A stretch of DNA of 46,251 nucleotides, taken from Planctomycetota bacterium. Lineage in GTDB: Bacteria; Planctomycetota; PUPC01. The DNA lies in NCBI GenBank assembly GCA_003553185.1, contig PUPC01000072.1, positions 1 to 46,251 of the forward strand, in the 5' to 3' direction. The notes beneath the pieces are model-generated. The model made no database searches and had not been told where the DNA came from. It saw only the letters and a program-made list of their open reading frames with translations. This document shows positions 39,804 through 46,251 of the stretch, in pieces. Both the position numbers and the translations under genes were made by a program. Within the stretch, counting starts at the first letter, position 1. The number at the start of each line of letters is the position of its first letter.

Positions 39804-40565
39804 GTGTTCGAGCGTCGATACGCCGGATCGCCCGGCCCCATCGAGTTCACGCGCGACGAGATCATTGGCGCGGCACAGGAACTCGGACTACCTAGACCCA
39901 AGAACATTGGGGACATTGTATATACATTCCGGTACCGGAAACAGCTTCCCGACTCCATAAAAGACACCACACCAAAGGGAAAAGAATGGGTTATCGAAGG
40001 GGCCGGATCCGGCAGATACAGATTCCGGCTGACCGAACTCGCTTGGATCACACCGCGGACGGATCTTCTGGCGACGAAGATTCCCGACGCTACGCCGGAG
40101 ATTGTGGCGGCCCATGCCTTGTCAGACGAGCAGGCCCTGCTGGCCAAGATGCGCTACAACCGGCTGGTCGACATCTTCCTTGGGATCGCCGCCTGTTCCC
40201 TCCAGAATCATCTGCGGACGTATGTGGAAGAAATCGGCCAGATCGAAGTCGACGAGTTGTACGTCGGGGTCAACCGGAATGGTGTGCAATTTGTCATCCC
40301 TGTCCAGGCCAAGGGGAGCCGGGATCAAATCGGCGTTGTTCAAACGAAACAGGATATCGCGTGTTGCGCCCGGAAGTTCCCCCGCCTCGTCTGCCGACCC
40401 GTCGCAGCCCAGTTCGTCAGCGACGATATCGTTGCTATGTTCGAACTGACGCAGCAAGACGAGCAGGTCAAGGTTGTTAACGAGAAGCATTACAAGCTTG
40501 TGCCCGCCGACAGCATCAGCGACGCCGACATCAAACGATACCGCGAGATCACGCCCTCCGGCTGA
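39804..40565 (+). CDS. PD-(D/E)XK-like nuclease candidate (putative restriction endonuclease partner)
   Basis: 253 aa with a GTG start, 63 nt after the methyltransferase gene. The candidate catalytic core is EVDELYVG (D at 40251), then 18 residues, then PVQAKG (Q-A-K at 40305-40313). I recognise no other family. Confidence 0.45.
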   Translation: MFERRYAGSPGPIEFTRDEIIGAAQELGLPRPKNIGDIVYTFRYRKQLPDSIKDTTPKGKEWVIEGAGSGRYRFRLTELAWITPRTDLLATKIPDATPEIVAAHALSDEQALLAKMRYNRLVDIFLGIAACSLQNHLRTYVEEIGQIEVDELYVGVNRNGVQFVIPVQAKGSRDQIGVVQTKQDIACCARKFPRLVCRPVAAQFVSDDIVAMFELTQQDEQVKVVNEKHYKLVPADSISDADIKRYREITPSG

Positions 40566-40667
40566 CAGTGTTTTTCGTCCTTGGTGTTCGACTCTCTTTC
40601 GGCGGAGTCCGAATCCGCAAGCGAAGTTGGCGTCTCCAATGCATTTGATCGGATTTCGCGAATTGGC

Positions 40668-40696
40668 TTGACAGCATTCCGGGCCAAATTTACAAT
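40668..40696 (+). promoter_or_regulatory. sigma70-type promoter candidate TTGACA-N17-TACAAT upstream of rpmF
   Basis: The sequence reads ttgaca gcattccgggccaaatt tacaat. It lies about 98 nt upstream of ATG 40794. Confidence 0.55.
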
Positions 40697-40793
40697 GATA
40701 ATCTTGTAGCCATCCACGACCTGTTCACCGAGGACGGTTTTGACCGGGAACCGGTCGGCAGGGATATGTCTGTTAATGAGGAGATGAGAAAGA

Positions 40794-40982
40794 ATGGCTG
40801 TACCAAAGAGACGCACCTCCAGGGCACGCGGCCGTAAACGTCGGACGCACCAGACGCTTCGCCCCCCCAAACTGGTCCCGTGCCGCCACTGCCACCAGAT
40901 GAACAAGTCGCACACGGTCTGTACCAATTGCGGCAGCTATGCCGGTCATGGGGTGGTGGTTTCTCCGGAAGAGGAGATTTAG
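40794..40982 (+). CDS. rpmF: 50S ribosomal protein L32
   Basis: 62 aa with N-terminus MAVPKRRTSRARGRKRRTH and zinc-ribbon cysteines CRHC...CTNC. Confidence 0.92.
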   Translation: MAVPKRRTSRARGRKRRTHQTLRPPKLVPCRHCHQMNKSHTVCTNCGSYAGHGVVVSPEEEI

Positions 40983-40986
40983 CCGA

Positions 40987-42015
40987 ATGCGGATCGCAGT
41001 CGACGCTATGGGCGGCGATGAGGCCCCCCGCGTCGTCGTGGAGGGAGCCGCCCAGGCGGCTGAAGAGTTCCCCGACGACGAGATCGTCCTGGTCGGCGAT
41101 ATCGAGCAGATCAAGGAACACCTCGGGCGCGCTCCCGAGGCCGGGCAACGGCTTCGGATCGAGCACGCGAATGCCGTGGTCGATATGGGCGAACTGCCCG
41201 TCGAGGCCCTCCGCCGAAAAGGCGACACCTCCATCTGGCGGTGTGCCGAACTCGCCAAGGAAGGAACGGTCGATGCCATCCTGTCCGCCGGCAACACCGG
41301 TGCCGCGGTGGCGGCGGCCACCCTGGCGATGGGCACGCTGGAGGGCATCCGGAAGCCGGGCATCGCCGCCCCCTTCCCGACCAACGCGGGCGGCGAGTGC
41401 GTCGTAATCGATCTGGGCGCGAACATCAAGCCCAAGCCCGAACACCTGCTCCACTACGGCCTGATGGCAGTCGAGTATGTCAAGGCCATCACCAGCAAGT
41501 CCAACCCCAGCATCGGCCTGCTCAGTATCGGGGCCGAGGACGCCAAGGGCAACGAGCTGGTGAAGGAGACGCACGCCCTGTTCAAGGCGTCGGACCTGAA
41601 TTTTGCCGGGAACGTGGAAGGCCGGGATGTCTTCCACGGCGCGGCAGACGTCGTGGTCTGCGACGGGTTCACCGGCAACGTGATGTTGAAGGTCGCCGAG
41701 GGGGTGGCCGAGGCCATCGCCGGGACATTCCGTGCGGCGCTCCGCCGCAACCTGATGGCCCGCATCGGGGCGGCGTTCTGCCGCAAGACCTTTCGAGAGG
41801 TTTATGCCGAATGCAGCAGTTCGGCATACGGCGGAGCCCAGCTTCTCGGCGTCAACGGCATCTGCATCATTGCCCACGGGAGTTCCGACGCCGAGGCCAT
41901 CTACAACGCGATCCGGGTGGGGGCCGACCTGTCGAAGAAGAACATCAACCGCCACATCACCCAGGCCGTACAAGCCCTCTCCAACCCGTCCGGCGTCAAA
42001 ACCGCCGGGACCTAG
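40987..42015 (+). CDS. plsX: phosphate acyltransferase PlsX
   Basis: The N-terminus MRIAVDAMGGDEAP is typical, with motifs GNTGA and CDGFTGNV. The ORF track starts at 40939. Confidence 0.9.
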   Translation: MRIAVDAMGGDEAPRVVVEGAAQAAEEFPDDEIVLVGDIEQIKEHLGRAPEAGQRLRIEHANAVVDMGELPVEALRRKGDTSIWRCAELAKEGTVDAILSAGNTGAAVAAATLAMGTLEGIRKPGIAAPFPTNAGGECVVIDLGANIKPKPEHLLHYGLMAVEYVKAITSKSNPSIGLLSIGAEDAKGNELVKETHALFKASDLNFAGNVEGRDVFHGAADVVVCDGFTGNVMLKVAEGVAEAIAGTFRAALRRNLMARIGAAFCRKTFREVYAECSSSAYGGAQLLGVNGICIIAHGSSDAEAIYNAIRVGADLSKKNINRHITQAVQALSNPSGVKTAGT

Positions 42016-42026
42016 CAGGACTGTTT

Positions 42027-43019
42027 ATGTCCCCAAGAAAAACCTGTATCGCCGCCATGGGGTCTTATGTCCCCGAAGGCAGAATCACCAACGAAGACCT
42101 CGAACGGATGGTCGACACCAGCGACGAGTGGATCACCTCTCGGACCGGGATCAAGGAACGCCGCAAGGCCCCGCCCGACAAGTGCACCTCGGACCTGGCA
42201 TACGAGGCGGCCAGCGTGGCGATCGACCGGGCCGGCATCTCGCCGGCAGACCTGGAAGCGGTCATCGTCTCCACCATCAGCCCCGACATGAACTTCCCCT
42301 CGACCGCCTGCTTCCTCCAGAAAAAACTGCGGTGCCTCAACGCCGCCTGCTGGGACATATCGGCCGCCTGCTCCGGCTTCCTCTACGCCCTGCGGAGCGG
42401 TCGGGCGCTCGTCGGCTCCGGCGACTGCGAGAACGTACTCATCGTCGGCTCCGAGTTCATGACCAAGATCACCAACTACGAGGACCGCTCGAGCTGCATC
42501 CTGTTCGGCGACGCCGCAGGGGCCGCCGTCCTGCAACCGTCCAACAGCCGCCGCGAAATCCTCGACATCTTCACCGCCAGCGACGGGTACAGCGAGGCAG
42601 CTATGTCCATGGTCCTCCGGTGCGGCGGGACACAAAGCCCCTTCTGCCAGGAGGCGCTGGACCGGAAAGAGCATTTGCAGGTGATACGCGGCCGCGAGGT
42701 CTATAAGTTCGCCATCACCAAGCTCACCGAGGTGATCACACAGGCCGCCGAGAGACAGGGCATCCCCGTCTCCGAGATCGACGCCATCATCCCCCATCAG
42801 GCCAACCTGCGCATCCTCCAGTCGGTCGCCAAACGACTCGATTACCCCGAGGAACGCTTCTTCATCAACCTCGACAAGTACGGCAACTCGTCCGCCGCAT
42901 CCGTCCCACTCGCCCTCGACGAGGCCGACCGGCAGGGGTTCATCAAGGAGGGCGACCTGGTCGTACTCGCCGTCTTCGGAGGCGGCCTGACCTGGGCGTC
43001 CGCCACAATCCGGTGGTAA
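42027..43019 (+). CDS. fabH: 3-oxoacyl-ACP synthase III
   Basis: 330 aa. Motifs: SDEWITSRTGIKERR, catalytic Cys in ISAACSGF, HQAN, and GNSSAAS. The real start is internal to the 592-aa ORF in the track. Confidence 0.9.
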   Translation: MSPRKTCIAAMGSYVPEGRITNEDLERMVDTSDEWITSRTGIKERRKAPPDKCTSDLAYEAASVAIDRAGISPADLEAVIVSTISPDMNFPSTACFLQKKLRCLNAACWDISAACSGFLYALRSGRALVGSGDCENVLIVGSEFMTKITNYEDRSSCILFGDAAGAAVLQPSNSRREILDIFTASDGYSEAAMSMVLRCGGTQSPFCQEALDRKEHLQVIRGREVYKFAITKLTEVITQAAERQGIPVSEIDAIIPHQANLRILQSVAKRLDYPEERFFINLDKYGNSSAASVPLALDEADRQGFIKEGDLVVLAVFGGGLTWASATIRW

Positions 43020-43200
43020 GTCAGGCCCGTGCCAGCACCGTCAACATAACCTTCACAACAGTCGGCGAACGCCAGCACAGGACGAACGACTCCTCGACGT
43101 CCGGGTAGCGGCGACGCTTCATCTCGATGTGATCGGGCACGAGCACAACCCGGTCAGTCCTGCTCAAACCGCCGAAACCGGCTGCGCAGTCCTGTCGTAA

Positions 43201-46023
43201 CTACTTCGCCACATCGAGGGTCGCCTTCGCCTCCTGCCCGGTCACCGCGTCCCGGAGCGTCAGTCCCCACGTCCCGTCAGGGTCGCCCTGTGCGAAGGGG
43301 ATGGCAAGTTCGGCCGCCCCGCCCTCGGTGCGGACGTTCTGGCTGTAGTAGCTGCACCACTCGCCCTCGGGGTCGTGTACGTCGACGCGAATCACGTGCA
43401 GGCCCGCGGCCTCGCCTCCGGTGTCGATGGTCAGTCGTACGCGGGCCGGTTCGCCGACCTTCGGCTGTCCGACCGCCTCGGCCGACAGGCCGTTGACCTG
43501 GTAAGGCAGTAGCGAGTAGATTTTGCAGCCCTCCGGCTCGAAGACATCTTCAAACGAATCAGTCAGGCCGTGGTATTTCCCGGCGCGAGCGTCGTAGACG
43601 TGCCGTTCGGCGGGCACTTCGACGGTCATTGGAGTCGGGTTCATAAACACGCTGTTGTCGATCTCGATCTCCTCGCCGACGCCGGTCGTCCCCCGTGTCG
43701 TGTTCAGCACGGAGCAAGCCATCTCGACTGGTCCGGCGGCGAAGCGGGTGACCTCGGCGGCGGGGACCTGCTGCCGGGCTTTCTCTTTCCACAGATTGAT
43801 CTCTCGCTCGATGCCCGCCTGTGCGAGCGCTCCCGTGAACACCTGCTTCGACTGGCGTTCCGCGTCGCTGCCCGGCTGATAGCGGTATGCCGGGTAGTTA
43901 CGCAGTGCCACGTTCAGGTAGATGGCGAGCCCGTCTCCGACCTTTCGCACGATGAGTGCATCGGAGCCGGCCGCATTGCCGTGTGCGACTGCGTCGCCGG
44001 TGGCGGTCACCGTTGATTCGCACGCCCGGAGCACCAGCTCGCCCTGGGGCAGCCCGAACGGGTTGTCCTCGTCGCGGACGACGACCGGTTCTCCATTCTC
44101 GGCGTACTCGAACGGCTCCTCCTCACTCTTCCGGGCCCGCTCGATGCCGAAGAAATCGTCGAGCCGCCCGTTCGGCAGCAGCTTGCAGTGCTCGTCCATC
44201 ACGGCGGGGAGCGTGTCGGCGATGACCACGCCGCCGGCCTCTGCAAACCTTCTGATCTGCTCGCACTCTTCGTTGCTGACGGCCATCGAGTGGGGCATGA
44301 AGAACGCCTTGTATCCGTCGGCGATCAGGCCGCCGTCGCCCACGGCGTCGTATGCGATGAACCGGTACTGGAGCCCGGTATCCGCGACGAGCTTGCTCAC
44401 GGCGGACCGGGCGTGCCACATCATGTCGGTCTCCAGCGCCTCGCAGTTGCCCGAGTTGCGGTCCACCCACGCCTCGCCCTGGGGGATGGTGCCCATGAAC
44501 CAGTTCGCCCTGACGGACGCCTGGGAGTGATGGACGGCGAGGTGCTCGTGGGTCGGCTCCATCGCCATGATCTGCTTGGCGATCCCGCTCTTCAGCTCTT
44601 TGATCGTCGGGGCGAGCCGTTTGGCCCGAACAGACCATTCCCTGGTCGGCCGTTCGAGGAACCGGCCCTCGTCTTCGTCGTTATCCCAGTAAATCTGGCC
44701 ACAGTCGCCGTGGAACAGTTGGAACCACATTCGACGGACGAGTTCCGGTTTATCTCCAAAGTACGGTCCGAACTTGAGTATCCCGGGCTTGAACGATCGA
44801 AGCATGTCGTCGTTCTGGAAGATGTTATACGGGATGTGGAGGTCGACCGATTTGGCCAGTTTGGCGAAATCCCATCCGCCGTAGGCGCCGGGGCCCTGGC
44901 CGCCGGTGCTGGCGTACACGCCGGTCGGGTCGGCCTCGCGGGCCACGTCTCGCATGTAGGCGATTGCTCCGTTCATCACGTCGTCCATGAACTCGCGGTG
45001 GTCGGCCCAGGACGAGAAGTTGAACTCGGGGTTCTCCGCCTGGCGGCGCAGGGTGTCGTCCGCGGTCAGCGGGATGACCTCGCGCCACAGTTTGAACGCG
45101 GTGCCCCATTCCTCGTTCAACGCATCGAGCGTTCCATAACGCTGTTCGAGCCAGACTCGGAACCGGTCCATGCAGTGCTTGCAGTAGCAGAAGTCGAACG
45201 GGGCGGCCTGGTCGCCGGTCCCGTGCTCATCGGCGAGGTTGTAGAACATCGGCCGGATGGGCTTGTGCTGGATGACGGTGTTCATGATCCGCTCGCGCAT
45301 CTTGGCCTGGACGCCCCTGTCGGAGGGGCAGGACGCCCGCCACAGCGTCTTCTGGCCCTCGGTATCGAGCGCCACGCTGAGCGGCTTGAGCCGGTCGCGG
45401 GCTTCCTTGTAGCGGTCCCTGATCATGTCCCAATGCCGCCCGAACCAGTTGCGGTGTTTGTTCTCCTCGGTCGGCGGGTCGATGTACTGGGAGTAAGGCC
45501 GGTGATAGACCGACACCTCGTCGGGACTGACCTGGTCGACGTAACAGACAAAGTCGTTCTCCATCACGTTCTCGTAGGGTGTTCGCTTGTAGGCGACGAC
45601 GCCGTCGATGCCCATCTTCCGGAGTTCGTCGTAGTATCCGTATGGGTAGCGTGCCCAGAGGAAGATGTTGTAGTCGTCCCACGGCTCGAGCGGCCGGGTA
45701 ACAATGAAGCGTTCTTTGCCCTGGGGGCATTCGCATCCGGGGACCTCGACGTGCAGGTAATTTGCCAGGGCGACCTGGCCGTCGGAGGTGTCGAACTCGT
45801 ATTCGAGATAGCCGCGTGCCTGGTTCCAGTCCCCCTCGGTTGTGCGAATGCGGCGGCCGTAGCTGTCGGTCCACACGACCTTCGTTCCGGCCGGCGGCTG
45901 CCTGCTCGGCTCATCGAACTCGACCCGCCCGGTCACCGTCTCGCCGGGGTGGAAAAACTCCCGGTCCTGTTCCCAGCGGTAATACTTGGGCTGCTTATCG
46001 ATCACGATCTTGAGTACTTTCAT
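43201..46023 (-). CDS. GH42-like (beta-galactosidase-like) protein with a trimerisation/GATase-like middle domain
   Basis: ATG 46023 has AAGGAG upstream. The segment ADEHGTGDQAAPFDFCYCKHCMDRFRVWLEQRYGTLDALNEEWGTAF matches the GH42 acid/base plus Cys-x-Cys-x2-Cys zinc-site layout. The middle-domain-like segment is YKAFFMPHSMAVSNEECEQIRRFAEAGGVVIAD. Confidence 0.5.
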   Translation of the reverse strand: MKVLKIVIDKQPKYYRWEQDREFFHPGETVTGRVEFDEPSRQPPAGTKVVWTDSYGRRIRTTEGDWNQARGYLEYEFDTSDGQVALANYLHVEVPGCECPQGKERFIVTRPLEPWDDYNIFLWARYPYGYYDELRKMGIDGVVAYKRTPYENVMENDFVCYVDQVSPDEVSVYHRPYSQYIDPPTEENKHRNWFGRHWDMIRDRYKEARDRLKPLSVALDTEGQKTLWRASCPSDRGVQAKMRERIMNTVIQHKPIRPMFYNLADEHGTGDQAAPFDFCYCKHCMDRFRVWLEQRYGTLDALNEEWGTAFKLWREVIPLTADDTLRRQAENPEFNFSSWADHREFMDDVMNGAIAYMRDVAREADPTGVYASTGGQGPGAYGGWDFAKLAKSVDLHIPYNIFQNDDMLRSFKPGILKFGPYFGDKPELVRRMWFQLFHGDCGQIYWDNDEDEGRFLERPTREWSVRAKRLAPTIKELKSGIAKQIMAMEPTHEHLAVHHSQASVRANWFMGTIPQGEAWVDRNSGNCEALETDMMWHARSAVSKLVADTGLQYRFIAYDAVGDGGLIADGYKAFFMPHSMAVSNEECEQIRRFAEAGGVVIADTLPAVMDEHCKLLPNGRLDDFFGIERARKSEEEPFEYAENGEPVVVRDEDNPFGLPQGELVLRACESTVTATGDAVAHGNAAGSDALIVRKVGDGLAIYLNVALRNYPAYRYQPGSDAERQSKQVFTGALAQAGIEREINLWKEKARQQVPAAEVTRFAAGPVEMACSVLNTTRGTTGVGEEIEIDNSVFMNPTPMTVEVPAERHVYDARAGKYHGLTDSFEDVFEPEGCKIYSLLPYQVNGLSAEAVGQPKVGEPARVRLTIDTGGEAAGLHVIRVDVHDPEGEWCSYYSQNVRTEGGAAELAIPFAQGDPDGTWGLTLRDAVTGQEAKATLDVAK

Positions 46024-46075
46024 CGACGACACTCCTTTGTGTTTTCGGGACTGATGCCCTTCTTTGGGGCGGTGT

Positions 46076-46251
46076 TCATTCCGCCCCGACGTTCTCCCAG
46101 TAGTCGCGGCCACGGTACAGCCATAGCTGCAGCCGGTGGACGCCTTCCTCACCCCGCTTGATGCGGGCAAGGCAATCGGAGCATAAGACTGCAACCTGGC
46201 CCGGGTCGCGAACCGGGTCGGCCAGGGGCAGGAACTCAATGCCGTCCCGCC
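46076..46251 (-). CDS. C-terminal fragment of an unidentified protein (gene starts beyond the right edge)
   Basis: This is not in the ORF track because no start lies in the window. Minus-frame translation gives RDGIEFLPLADPVRDPGQVAVLCSDCLARIKRGEEGVHRLQLWLYRGRDYWENVGAE*, with GC-rich third positions. The stop (plus-strand tca at 46076-46078) sits in the loop of hairpin GGGGCGG-N8-CCGCCCC at 46066..46087. Confidence 0.4.
   Translation of the reverse strand, partial: RDGIEFLPLADPVRDPGQVAVLCSDCLARIKRGEEGVHRLQLWLYRGRDYWENVGAE

Noticed and set aside
41241-42026. First 262 codons of the 592-aa ORF that ends as fabH
   Set aside because: They overlap plsX in another frame and are Arg/Gly/Pro-rich. 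The FabH homology starts at MSPRKTCIAAMGSYVPEG (ATG 42027).
43021-43200. In-frame open extension of 59 codons after the TAG stop of the GH42-like gene, containing VVLVPDHIE (faintly reminiscent of the Y1 transposase PDHVH motif) and a 33-aa Met-initiated ORF (43122..43021)
   Set aside because: An open run of about 60 codons is expected by chance at this GC content. The HxH motif is degenerate (HIE). No SD or promoter is present, and the segment is too short to support a transposase remnant or read-through claim.
44188-46161. 657-aa plus-strand ORF opposite the GH42-like gene
   Set aside because: It is antisense to an ORF with a GH42-like zinc-site motif and a strong SD. It has no motifs of its own.

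Overview
This is a 46.25-kb high-GC chromosomal segment. Sampled 60-nt lines are mostly 65-75% GC. I support 36 protein-coding genes, two of them truncated at the window edges. I found no rRNA, tRNA, CRISPR array or recognisable IS element. The gene repertoire includes a PEGA lipoprotein, a secreted HEAT-repeat protein, a giant Ser/Thr kinase with a DUF1080/LamG-like ectodomain, and a dnaN-DUF721-gyrB cluster without dnaA or recF. This looks Planctomycetota-like, but that is inference only. Housekeeping blocks are scpA | dnaN-dciA-gyrB, hisF, and rpmF-plsX-fabH. Accessory blocks are listed here. (i) A tandem array of at least 3 secreted serpins, whose gene junctions are nearly identical at the nucleotide level while the reactive-centre loops differ. 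(ii) A translationally coupled Fe-ADH-like + LarA-like (nickel-pincer racemase family) pair. (iii) A two-lobed alpha/beta hydrolase whose second lobe lacks the nucleophile serine. (iv) URO-D-like, DegT aminotransferase and ADP-ribosylglycohydrolase genes next to an orphan sigma54 response regulator. (v) A metallophosphoesterase-PEGA-HEAT operon. (vi) A five-gene envelope-glycan operon. (vii) A MacB-type ABC exporter with its adaptor. (viii) A lower-GC two-gene insertion between hisF and rpmF, carrying an amino-methyltransferase and a PD-(D/E)XK-like protein. I read this insertion as a restriction-modification-like defence module. (ix) A GH42-like 940-aa protein. Thirteen near-consensus sigma70-type promoter motifs and eight stop/start codon overlaps define the operon structure. 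My best candidates for something new are the serpin array and the hisF/rpmF insertion. All functional calls come from motif recognition by eye. No database search was possible. Start codons are the least certain coordinates.
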